DNA of 22,772 nt from Trichormus sp. ATA11-4-KO1 (GCA_019358915.1 JAHHIM010000052.1:1-22772), one strand, 5' to 3'. Shown: positions 9,175-17,526, counted from the stretch's first letter. Translations and numbers: made by a program. Notes: a model not told the origin generated them from the sequence alone.

Positions 9175-9223
9175 AATCAATCATGAAAATTGATTGACAA
9201 TTTAAAAGATTTGTCAATATAAG
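9175..9223 (+). promoter_or_regulatory. Inverted repeats and possible sigma70 promoter in the divergent intergenic region
   Basis: ATTGACAA-N10-TTGTCAAT (9193-9218), AATCAAT-N7-ATTGATT (9175-9195); TTGACA-N18-TATAAG on +. Confidence 0.45.
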
Positions 9224-9350
9224 CAGAACATTTTTAAACCAATAAAGATATTTATGCTTTGCAAATACCACAATTTTAGAGATGGCAACAGACACACCAA
9301 CAAGCTGTAAGCTAACTAAAGAAGGGTATTGCTGGAGTGCAAATGTTTAA

Positions 9351-10001
9351 ATGGCTGTAGAACGGGAATCAGTAAATTTTAAACTCCCCAAGTCTTTAGT
9401 TGAAGCACTTAGAGCCGAAGCCAAAAAACGCAACACCTCAGCCACAGAGTTAGTAGTCCAAGGTCTGCATCATATATTAGGAGAGACGGAAGTTGTTGAA
9501 AATGGTATAGAGGATGTTCTACACCGCATCATCAATCGACTCTCGGCACTGGAAGCAAATCAGGTAGATAATACTTCGAGTCTAGAGAATCGCCTACAAC
9601 AAATTGAAACACTGTTGGAGCATCTCACCCAGAGTATAGAACAAAGTATAGAATCAACATCACCTCAGCAACAATCACAACAGCCAAATCACTTAGAAGA
9701 AAAGTTAGAAACTGTGGCTAAAAGCCTTGCCCAACTTAACCATACACTTGGGCAGCTGCGACCAGGAAATACAAGTAGAAGAAAATTTTCATCCTCTCAT
9801 CAATTCCAGGGAAGACCAATAGAACTTCATTCCTGCACTGGGGAAAGTTTAGCTCGTAGATTGGGTGTTGATGAAATAAGCCTGGCTAGGGAGCGAGAAA
9901 ATAAAACTCCATCTGAGTTTGAGTCATGGAGCCGTCATCGAGATCCCGGTTCCCGTGGCTGGCGTTTTGGTGACGATGGATTATATTACCCAGTTAAATA
10001 A
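9351..10001 (+). CDS. Ribbon-helix-helix (CopG-like) protein with coiled-coil and C-terminal HTH-like domain
   Basis: ESVNFKLPKSLVEALRAEAKKRNTSATELVVQGL RHH pattern; heptad-rich middle; C-terminal LARRLGVD...FESWSRHRDP...WRF. Confidence 0.75.
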   Translation: MAVERESVNFKLPKSLVEALRAEAKKRNTSATELVVQGLHHILGETEVVENGIEDVLHRIINRLSALEANQVDNTSSLENRLQQIETLLEHLTQSIEQSIESTSPQQQSQQPNHLEEKLETVAKSLAQLNHTLGQLRPGNTSRRKFSSSHQFQGRPIELHSCTGESLARRLGVDEISLARERENKTPSEFESWSRHRDPGSRGWRFGDDGLYYPVK

Positions 10002-10133
10002 TCTCAACTGTGAATGATGGCGTTCTCCCCTACAGTAAAGGATTACGCAGAGGGCAATGCCGGAGACAATCGCCAAAAGTTACACCAGCTAAGTGTATAT
10101 ATATGTCAGAGAAATTTTTGATTCACCTTGGTT

Positions 10134-10487
10134 ATGACCTTTCAAGTTTACGGTATCCCCAACTGCGGCACTTGTAAAAAAGCTATTACGTGGCTCAAAG
10201 ACAGCAACATTGACTATGAATTCATTAACACAAAAGAAACTCCACCGACCCGTGACCAGATCCAAAGCTGGGTTAAGTCTTTGGGTTATGCTCCCATGCG
10301 GAACACTTCTGGCCAATCCTACCGTGCTTTAGGTGATGAAAAGAAGACATGGACTGACGAACAGTGGATTGACGCATTCGCTAACGATGCAATGCTGCTC
10401 AAACGTCCACTTTTCGTGAAAAATGGCACAGCCATGTTAGTCGGCTTCAAGGATGAAGCCGTATTGAGAAGAAAATTAGGGCTTTAG
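10134..10487 (+). CDS. ArsC/Spx/MgsR family thioredoxin-fold protein
   Basis: VYGIPNCGTCKKA CxxC, NTSGQSYRAL, LLKRPLFV; ATG 10134 preferred over TTG 10128. Confidence 0.88.
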   Translation: MTFQVYGIPNCGTCKKAITWLKDSNIDYEFINTKETPPTRDQIQSWVKSLGYAPMRNTSGQSYRALGDEKKTWTDEQWIDAFANDAMLLKRPLFVKNGTAMLVGFKDEAVLRRKLGL

Positions 10488-10537
10488 CTTCCCAACTCCC
10501 ACTCTCAAAGGGATTACCCCTAGAGAATCATATTCAA

Positions 10538-11485
10538 TTAAGCATTTGTATCTATATTTTCTTGGTTGAATTTTTGCTGAAACTCAGAAATTGAATCTGT
10601 AGTTACAGCATTTTCTAATAACTGATTCAACAACTCAATATCATAGAATTTATTGAGTTGTTCCACTAATTCAGGAGGAACATCTTTAAATCGAAGCGTG
10701 AGGATTTTAGTAATAGACTGCTGGAGAGTCTGTGCTATGCCTATGCGTTCTATGCTTGTTATGTATGTCATCTCTTGTTCAGCCTCAAAACGCTCCAATT
10801 CGGCTTTGAAATTCAAGTCTAAATCCGGTGGTAAAGTCATTAATCTATCTAGCAACCGGAATAGCTGAGATATTTTATCCTTACTATAGCCTAACTCATA
10901 CATCCGTTTAATCAGGCTCAACTTCCAGCGCAATCGACCTGCCAAATCTTGAGTTGTCGCTTGTGTTCGCAGGTGCGCCATCACCAATACGGCAAAGGAA
11001 TTATCACTTTGTTCTAATTCTAACCATCGAGCTTCATAGTCCAATAGTTTCACAATGGGAAACTGAAGACTCAACCGACATCCCCAACGTCCATAACTAT
11101 ATTCTTGCGGTCGCCAATTTGCTTGATTATCCCCTAGAATCGCCAAGCTTACAACTTCCTGGTTATAACGGTCAAAAATTCTGTAGTGGTACGAAAACAT
11201 CCGTTTGGCAAAGCTGGTATCTACTTGACTTTGAATTTCCAGATGTACCAACAACCAAGTTTCTTTTCCATCCTTCAGCCAAACTTTTATTAGCTTATCA
11301 ACGAACTGCTTACCAACTTCAGACTCTCTCATTAACTGCTGAAGTTCCTGATCGAGGAAATCATAACCTCGCCCCCAGTCAATTTCTGCTTGAATCTCTG
11401 GAAAAAAGAATTTTAGAAATGCCTCAAAGTATTCTTCTACACCTTCCTTCCATGCACCATCGTAATCCGCTCGTACTTCACTCAC
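10538..11485 (-). CDS. Rpn-like PD-(D/E)XK nuclease / putative transposase family protein
   Basis: DYDGAWKE...FFFP, VDKL...VHLEIQSQ, FAKRMFSYHYRIFDRY; short helical C-terminal domain. Confidence 0.8.
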   Translation of the reverse strand: MSEVRADYDGAWKEGVEEYFEAFLKFFFPEIQAEIDWGRGYDFLDQELQQLMRESEVGKQFVDKLIKVWLKDGKETWLLVHLEIQSQVDTSFAKRMFSYHYRIFDRYNQEVVSLAILGDNQANWRPQEYSYGRWGCRLSLQFPIVKLLDYEARWLELEQSDNSFAVLVMAHLRTQATTQDLAGRLRWKLSLIKRMYELGYSKDKISQLFRLLDRLMTLPPDLDLNFKAELERFEAEQEMTYITSIERIGIAQTLQQSITKILTLRFKDVPPELVEQLNKFYDIELLNQLLENAVTTDSISEFQQKFNQENIDTNA

Positions 11486-11730
11486 AAGTTATTTTTGGTC
11501 ACAATCAAACACATCATAACGCCTTTTTGAATCAGCAAAAGTACCCCTAGAGATGAAAAAATTATTCGAGCCAAATTATGGCTTTAGCCTCAAAACCCCC
11601 ATCCCTGAAGCATTCCCTTTAGATCGTCATAACCGGATATTTCGATGTTTTGCCGACTTGCTTCATTATCCACTTAGTCAATTCTAGATTTCCCAATATT
11701 TTTCTAAAATATCTAAGTTTTTCATTAAAG

Positions 11731-11788
11731 CAAGATATCTAGATATTGAGGTATCTTTATGTCTAGATACCTCAATATCTAGACATAA
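11731..11788. repeat. Array of in-phase 8-bp units (CTAGATAT-like) containing two perfect inverted repeats; putative centromere/operator
   Basis: caagatat ctagatat tgaggtat ctttatgt ctagatac ctcaatat ctagacat; 19-bp IR 11738-11756/11765-11783; 13-bp IR 11757-11769/11776-11788. Confidence 0.8.
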
Positions 11789-11837
11789 CAAAGAACTTAG
11801 TGTAAGCTTTTCTTTATTGAGTTGGACAATATATAAA

Positions 11838-12602
11838 TTGCTGTCTTGTGCCTGCGTTTCGCTTTCCGGCGGACAAGGGAAAACCACCGTAGCTTTTTTT
11901 CTCTCTCTGCTGCTTGCCAGTCAGGGTAAACGAGTCTTGGCCATAGACTGTGACCCACAAGCCAACCTAACCTTTTACCTGAATCATGAAGTAGCTGCCA
12001 ATCAACCCAGTTTACTGGAAGTTCTCACTGGTGCTGTAACCATAGAAGATGGTATCTATCCCACTCAACACAGTAACCTGTTCCTCATCCCTGCGGATAG
12101 AAGCTTATTCAAAGTTTCAGATTACCTAGTCAACAGTGGTGCAGGTGCGTTTATCCTCAAACTGAGATTACGCAACGTGCAATCTTTATTTGATTACGTA
12201 ATTATTGATGTCCAACCCTCGCGATCACAAATCTGTTTAACCGCAGTCGGAGCATCTGAAAAAATTCTGATTCCCGTGGAAGCTACGACCAAAGGAGTCA
12301 ATTCCCTAATTGATACCCAGGACTTTTTACAAGACCAAACATCAATCATGGCATTTACAGGAAAGGTTTTGGGAATAATCCCCTTTCGAGATCGGTGGAT
12401 TGGCAACACTCAAACTCTTGAGGGTAAAGAGAACATTGCTGCTATGAGAGAATTCGCTGGCGACATTCCCGTGCTACCCTCTATTCGAGAATCAGAACAG
12501 TTTAAACGTGCTATCCGTAAAGGGAAACTGTTATCAGAACTTGGACAAAAAGACCTGGAATATCCCTTTGAGCAAATTATTAAAATACTGAATCATGAGT
12601 GA
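11838..12602 (+). CDS. parA: ParA-family ATPase, McdA type-1-like
   Basis: Walker A SLSGGQGKTT lacking the signature Lys, IDCDPQANL, IPVEATTKG, PFRDRW, ESEQFKRAI; closely resembles S. elongatus McdA as recalled; start TTG 11838 (or 11817). Confidence 0.9.
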   Translation: MLSCACVSLSGGQGKTTVAFFLSLLLASQGKRVLAIDCDPQANLTFYLNHEVAANQPSLLEVLTGAVTIEDGIYPTQHSNLFLIPADRSLFKVSDYLVNSGAGAFILKLRLRNVQSLFDYVIIDVQPSRSQICLTAVGASEKILIPVEATTKGVNSLIDTQDFLQDQTSIMAFTGKVLGIIPFRDRWIGNTQTLEGKENIAAMREFAGDIPVLPSIRESEQFKRAIRKGKLLSELGQKDLEYPFEQIIKILNHE

Positions 12603-13041
12603 TGATGCCCTAGAACGCCTGAAAAAACGGCAACGTCCCAATGTTCCTACTCGTGATACTTCTTTGATATCTAACAGTCAAGATATCTCGATACCTGGAT
12701 ATCAAGATGCTAAGGTATCTAGCACACAAAACATCCCTAACTCTAACAGTCAAGATATCTCGACACCTGGATATCAAGATGCTAAGGTATCTATACATCC
12801 AGTAGTTAAAATTAAGCAGAGTACCATTCGCTTGGAAGCAGAACTGAGTGAACGCTTGAGTGAAATGTGTAAAATCAATGGCATTAGCAGGGAAGTATTA
12901 ATAGAAGCATTATTTGAACACTACGAGGCTGACCCCCAAGCATTACAGGCTATCTTGGCACTAGCAAAAGTCAAGGGTGAACAAAGAATGCAAATTGCCA
13001 ATATGAAACGAGCGCAATCAATGATGCAGCGTTTTGGTTAA
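12595..13041 (+). CDS. ParA partner: McdB-like basic N-terminus, repeat linker, RHH-like C-terminus
   Basis: Overlaps parA stop; MSDDALERLKKRQRP resembles the McdB N-terminus; KQSTIRLEAELSERLSEMCKINGISREVLIEALF fits beta-alpha-alpha RHH. Confidence 0.8.
   Translation: MSDDALERLKKRQRPNVPTRDTSLISNSQDISIPGYQDAKVSSTQNIPNSNSQDISTPGYQDAKVSIHPVVKIKQSTIRLEAELSERLSEMCKINGISREVLIEALFEHYEADPQALQAILALAKVKGEQRMQIANMKRAQSMMQRFG
12670..12793. repeat. 52-bp direct repeat (72-bp period) built from 8-bp units inside the ParA-partner gene
   Basis: 12670-12721 vs 12742-12793, one mismatch; units caagatat ctcgatac ctggatat caagatgc taaggtat. Confidence 0.9.
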
Positions 13042-13082
13042 TTACTGAGTGTAATAACCATCCCCTAACCCCAAAAAGCACC

Positions 13083-13325
13083 ATGACTCAAAAAACTCAA
13101 AAAACTTATCAACTTCCTCTGACCTTTGAGCAAATTCTTAGTCTTGTCCTACAACTTCCAATACAAGAACAAGAACAACTCATTCAAGAAATTAAGAAAA
13201 AATCTCCCAAAAATAAAGATGAAGATGAAGATTTACTGAGTGTTTTTGACAGAATCGGCAGAAATGCTCAAGCCAAAGGACTAACTGAAGACATCCTAGA
13301 AGAATTACTCGCCGATGAATCATAA
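13083..13325 (+). CDS. Putative antitoxin of a PIN-family TA pair
   Basis: 80 aa, acidic C-terminus AKGLTEDILEELLADES, overlaps the start of a PIN gene. Confidence 0.65.
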   Translation: MTQKTQKTYQLPLTFEQILSLVLQLPIQEQEQLIQEIKKKSPKNKDEDEDLLSVFDRIGRNAQAKGLTEDILEELLADES

Positions 13326-13479
13326 ACTAATTGTCATTGACACAAATGTTTTACTTAGTGCTGCCCTGAGTCCAGAAGGAACATCTCGTAAAGCCTTAAA
13401 TAAAGCTTATAAAGAATTCAAAATTGCTCAAAGTGATGAAACTTATCAAGAATTAAAGACACGAATTTACAAGGGATGA
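13315..13479 (+). pseudogene. Truncated PIN-domain toxin (54 aa)
   Basis: MNHKLIVIDTNVLLSAALSPEGTSRKAL...YQELKTRIYKG*; the IDTNVL motif marks a PIN N-terminus, full PIN domains are ~130-140 aa. Confidence 0.8.
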
Positions 13480-13483
13480 AAAT

Positions 13484-13600
13484 TTATGGCACATCTATTT
13501 TACCTGTAACAACATTGGTGATCAGGGCGGTGCGATATTCTTTTAATAGTTCTATTATTTGTTGAATCTCAGCTTTTTTTGTTGATTAATCTTGGCTATG
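13484..13600 (-). pseudogene. hsdS: 3' remnant of a type I restriction-modification specificity subunit
   Basis: Minus strand IAKINQQK / frameshift in A7 run / AEIQQIIELLKEYRTALITNVVTGKIDVP*, matching the conserved HsdS C-terminal helix (LLKEYR.ALIT.AVTGKIDV). Confidence 0.7.
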
Positions 13601-13643
13601 GAGTTAATTTTTCAGACTAACAGAACACGCAAATATTGCCAGA

Positions 13644-14246
13644 TCACAAATTACCCCAATCAAAATTCAAGAAGCGTCGAGCATTCAGCTTGGTATATTT
13701 TTCCGTGTGTTTAATATCACGGTGTCCCAAAAAGTCTTGAATCTCTCTGGTGCTGTAACCTTGATTCACCAGATAATAGCCGCAAGCATGGCGCATCATG
13801 TGACAGTGAACTTTGATATCGAGTCCCGCCTGGGCGGACAATCGCCCCATCAGCTTCCGCACCGCATCAGTGGACATCACTTGACCACGCTCGGACATGA
13901 AAAGATATTTACTATCAGGAAATTGCTCTCGCAGTTTTTTGAGTAATTCCAGTTCATCGTCTCTGAGGGGATGCACCCCAGAATCACTGCCCTTTTCCCT
14001 AGTGATGAAAATCTGACGTTCACCCCACATAATCGCATCCCAGCGTAAGCCGCATTTCGCACCCACAGCTTCCCCTACCCGCAGCCCGTGGCGGAACATC
14101 ATCAACATCAGTGTGTAATCACGGTGGGCATAACGAGCTTTGCGTTCGAGTGCCGCATTGAACAGAGATCGTACCTCAGATGGTGTAAGGTATTCTCTAG
14201 ACCTGTAATGCTTATTCGGTAGACGAACTGGGGGCGGTGGCCTCAT
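13644..14246 (-). CDS. Tyrosine recombinase, catalytic-domain-only FimB/FimE-like resolvase
   Basis: RHGLRVGE (R), REKG (K), HCHMMRH (HxxR), LGHRDIKHTEKY (H, Y); 200 aa. Confidence 0.92.
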   Translation of the reverse strand: MRPPPPVRLPNKHYRSREYLTPSEVRSLFNAALERKARYAHRDYTLMLMMFRHGLRVGEAVGAKCGLRWDAIMWGERQIFITREKGSDSGVHPLRDDELELLKKLREQFPDSKYLFMSERGQVMSTDAVRKLMGRLSAQAGLDIKVHCHMMRHACGYYLVNQGYSTREIQDFLGHRDIKHTEKYTKLNARRFLNFDWGNL

Positions 14247-14580
14247 TTACTTCCACTGGTACTGTCCGGTGTACGCGGTATTTTCTGGACAGTTACCATT
14301 ATCCCAAACCCTACTACTTTCGTGAATATTTACGCCGCAAGTGACCGCAGTTAAGTGAAACTTATCTTTCACCAGCAGAAAAATTGTCTGAGAAGACTGA
14401 ATGATAAAGATAGCTTATAAGAGGTTCTGAGCAGTTCTTCCCTGGTGTCTATACGACTTCTATACCCAGTAGAGCCATTATTGATATCAATGATTGATTT
14501 TAACTGTGGCGACAGTTCTAGATTTCGAGATTCTCGCTTTTCCAACGAACTGAGAGCCTAGAGTGATTAATTTTTGTGAC

Positions 14581-15276
14581 TTAGAAACGAAAACTGAGTT
14601 TCGCTTGGTGATTATTCTGTGGTGTAACTTCAGCAATCATCATTCCCCACACAACACTAAAACGAAATTTAGTTGCGCGCTCTATATCAAAATGTGCAGA
14701 CCTTAGTAAACTATGAAACTGTTTTTGGGTGTAACACTGTTTGTAAGCAGGGTCAACAAACTTCAATATAAAATCACATATCTGACACGATAAATAATCT
14801 TTACACCAATCTAAAATAAATACTTTACCTTCTGGTTTTAAAACACGTCTTATTTCCATTAATGCAGCATGAGGAGCATCAAAATAATGAAATGCACTTG
14901 CAGATACAATTACATCAAAACTGTTATCTACAAATGGTAAATTTGACACACTTGCATTCTGAAATGAAACATGAGAATAAGTACGACATTTTTGTTGAGC
15001 TACGAGGAGCATTTCTGCGGAAATATCTACTCCAGTAATCACTTGCTGTGGATTTTCAGTGAGTAATAATTGCTCAAATTCTCCTGTTCCACAGCCAATA
15101 TCAAGCACTGTCGCTTCTGGTGGAATCTCTGCCCAATTTTTTAGAGCAGATAGTGATTTGGCAATATATGTATTCCAACGCTGGTCATATGACTTTGCCA
15201 TCTGGTCGTATTGTTGGCGAATTACTTTTTCACTCATAGCTATTTTTTGTCCGGTATTTAGTTCAAGTTGATTCAT
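14581..15276 (-). CDS. Class I SAM-dependent methyltransferase (UbiE/Methyltransf_11-like)
   Basis: VLDIGCGTG, GVDIS, LPFVDNSFDVIVS, RVLKPEGK; start ATG 15276 (overlapping LysR stop) or 15237. Confidence 0.88.
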   Translation of the reverse strand: MNQLELNTGQKIAMSEKVIRQQYDQMAKSYDQRWNTYIAKSLSALKNWAEIPPEATVLDIGCGTGEFEQLLLTENPQQVITGVDISAEMLLVAQQKCRTYSHVSFQNASVSNLPFVDNSFDVIVSASAFHYFDAPHAALMEIRRVLKPEGKVFILDWCKDYLSCQICDFILKFVDPAYKQCYTQKQFHSLLRSAHFDIERATKFRFSVVWGMMIAEVTPQNNHQAKLSFRF

Positions 15277-16138
15277 GCAATAATATTTGAGTGAATTGGT
15301 GGACTGGACTCTGGCAAGATATGCTACTGCGCCAGATAACAAATAATTCTTTGCGTAAGGTTTTGTTATCTACATCTATAGGAATGGCGTATAGTAACCC
15401 TGCTTGTACCTCTTGAGTAACTGATTTTGACAGCACAATTGAAACTCCTAACCCTGCTTGTACGGCTCGTTTGACAGCTTCTGTACTACCCAATTGCATG
15501 GAAATTCGCATTTTGTGAACTTGCTCACCAAAAAATTGCTGTAGTAAGCGTCCAGTACCAGTACCTCTTTCTCCGCCTAACATTTCGATATTTTCTAGAT
15601 AGGCTTTGGGGACTTTCGGCAAATCTCGCCAAGGATGATTTGGTGGCACTATGAAGACAAGTTCTTCGCTTTGCCAAAGTTGAGATGTAAACCCAGGACG
15701 ATTATCCCACCACTCCATTAAGGCTATATCTACTAATCCAGTTTCTAACTTGTCAGCGATCGCCGGATTAGCATCAATTACTAAATCCACTTCATAGGAG
15801 TTATCATACTGTTCCAAATGATATTTCAAATACGGGGGTAAGAGATAAATACCAATATTAGAACTCGCCCCAATTCGCAATTTTGTAGATTTGAGGGCTG
15901 AAACTGCTCTTTGTGTTACCAAAATTAGACTTTCGGCATAAGGAAGTAATTTCTGTGCCGCAGGAGTCAATTGATTACCCTTGCGATCGCGGATAATCAG
16001 TTGAGTGTTCAAAGATGCTTCTAACTTTTTAATGTGTTGTGAGACAGCAGGTTGAGAAATTCCCAGTTGTTTGGCAGCTTGGCGAAAACTCCCTGTATGG
16101 ACAACGGCTAAAAAACTTTCTACGTACTCAAAATTCAT
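15263..16138 (-). CDS. ptxE: LysR-family regulator (PtxE-like)
   Basis: GSFRQAAKQLGISQPAVSQHIKKLE HTH, STEAVKRAVQAGLGVS; downstream of ptxD as in ptxABCDE. Confidence 0.8.
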   Translation of the reverse strand: MNFEYVESFLAVVHTGSFRQAAKQLGISQPAVSQHIKKLEASLNTQLIIRDRKGNQLTPAAQKLLPYAESLILVTQRAVSALKSTKLRIGASSNIGIYLLPPYLKYHLEQYDNSYEVDLVIDANPAIADKLETGLVDIALMEWWDNRPGFTSQLWQSEELVFIVPPNHPWRDLPKVPKAYLENIEMLGGERGTGTGRLLQQFFGEQVHKMRISMQLGSTEAVKRAVQAGLGVSIVLSKSVTQEVQAGLLYAIPIDVDNKTLRKELFVIWRSSISCQSPVHQFTQILLHEST

Positions 16139-16150
16139 AGGTGGGGCAAA

Positions 16151-16307
16151 TCAAGTCAAAAGGAGCCAGTGCATTGGGCGGCTATGCCGATTTGTAGCAA
16201 CTGGCGTTCAAAAGTCAAAAAGAGCCAGTGCGCCCTTGCGGGTTTCCCAACTTGTAGCAACTGGCGCGGCTTCTCGCAGAGTAGCAACTAGCGTTCAAAA
16301 GTCAAAA
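16151..16307. repeat. TCAAAAG heptamer tract with nested ~45-bp palindromic small dispersed repeats
   Basis: GAGCCAGTGC...GCAACTGGCGT at 16163-16207, a variant from 16222, and a further copy at 22132-22176. Confidence 0.8.
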
Positions 16308-16536
16308 TTAAATAACTTTTTTAAAGGAGACAAGGAAGTAAAAAGGTAAAAGAAAATGGCTTTTGCGTCCCTTTTATGGTGAATGAAGATTGATTATTAC
16401 AACAAAACCCTTACCCCGCAAGGGTTATAAAAAATTCAGCGCTGTTTTAAATGAAATCCTTACAGGGTAAGACTTGCAATGATTTCTAATCAGTTTTTTC
16501 ATAAGAGTAACCGAAAAAACCAGAAAAATTGACTGT

Positions 16537-17526
16537 TTATGGACAATTAACTGCTCCCTGTGGTTTTTGATTTTGCAGGGCTTGCAGAATATTTTGGGCG
16601 GCTTCTAAGGCAATGTTGCGCCGCAAATCATCAACAGCAGATCCAATATGGGGAGTGAGAAAGGTTTGATTAGTGTTTTCTATTAATGACTGGGGTATGC
16701 TGTGGGGGCGATCACTACGATACCAATCTTCCATTTCAAACACATCGGCAGCGTAACCTGCTAAGTGTCCAGATTCTAAAGCTTGACATACAGCTTGTTC
16801 ATCAACTACAGAACCACGACAGGGGTTAATTAAAAAGCTGCCTGGTTTCATTTTGGCTAAGGTGTTGGCGTTGATTAAATGAAAGGTTGCTGGTTGCAGA
16901 GGTACTACCAACACAATAAAATCACTTACTTCTATTAAAGTATCAAAAGGCACTTGTGATAAATTCCATGCTGCCTCTTGTTCTGGAGTTAAAGCCACCG
17001 GATCACTGTAAAGTAACCGCATCTCAAAACCCACCAGCCGTTGAACGAGCGCTTTGCCCAATGCACCCATACCAACAATTCCCAAGGTGCGATTTGCTAA
17101 ACCTAGGCTGTAAAATTGGGGTCGCCATCCGGCAAATTTACCTGTGCGAATGAAGCGATCGCCTGCTAACATCTGTCGTGCTAACCCAATTAATAACCCA
17201 ATGGTAATTTCGGCAGTGGGTGCAGACAACAAAGAAGGCACAATTGTAAACCATACACCGCAACGGGTACAGGCATCAACATCAAAGTTGTCGTAGCCTT
17301 TGAGGGCGGCTCCAATCACTTTTAGCTGGGAACACTGCCGCAGAAAAGCTTCATCAATGGTGTCTGGCATAAATACCATTAATGCCTCAGCATTTTTAGC
17401 CCGTTGCAGAATTTCTTCACGAGATAAAGACTCTTTACTGGGGTTAGCAATTACCTCACAATGAGGTTCGAGGAGTTCAATGACTTCTGGATGTACCCAG
17501 TTAGTAATCACAACATTTGGTTTCAT
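16537..17526 (-). CDS. ptxD: NAD-dependent phosphite dehydrogenase
   Basis: D-2-hydroxyacid dehydrogenase fold with PtxD residues ALKGYDNFD (K), [10 protein letters not shown] (R), DVFEMED (E), TPHIGSA (H); GMGALG Rossmann motif; follows ABC genes. Confidence 0.95.
   Translation of the reverse strand: MKPNVVITNWVHPEVIELLEPHCEVIANPSKESLSREEILQRAKNAEALMVFMPDTIDEAFLRQCSQLKVIGAALKGYDNFDVDACTRCGVWFTIVPSLLSAPTAEITIGLLIGLARQMLAGDRFIRTGKFAGWRPQFYSLGLANRTLGIVGMGALGKALVQRLVGFEMRLLYSDPVALTPEQEAAWNLSQVPFDTLIEVSDFIVLVVPLQPATFHLINANTLAKMKPGSFLINPCRGSVVDEQAVCQALESGHLAGYAADVFEMEDWYRSDRPHSIPQSLIENTNQTFLTPHIGSAVDDLRRNIALEAAQNILQALQNQKPQGAVNCP

Noticed and set aside
10134..10487. ArsC-family gene as part of an arsenic-resistance operon
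   Set aside because: No arsR, arsB or acr3 nearby; the CxxC pattern fits the Spx/MgsR/YffB-like branch
10954..11550. 198-aa plus-strand ORF, and other short antisense or nested ORFs (e.g. 1224, 3024, 3726, 5638, 6294, 13707, 17792, 19877)
   Set aside because: Shadow frames of well-supported genes with no recognisable motifs
11838..13041. Calling the pair a true carboxysome-positioning mcdAB
   Set aside because: The partner lacks the terminal Trp, looks RHH-like, is flanked by DNA repeats, and no carboxysome genes are nearby
13465..13475. ATTTACAAGGG equal to the reverse complement of positions 1-11, near the PIN truncation
   Set aside because: Only 11 bp, mostly explained by PIN codons (IYK), with none of the transposon-end repeats nearby
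16071..16349. 92-aa ORF with repeated VATGVQKSK
   Set aside because: It is the translation of the dispersed-repeat and heptamer tract and overlaps ptxE antisense
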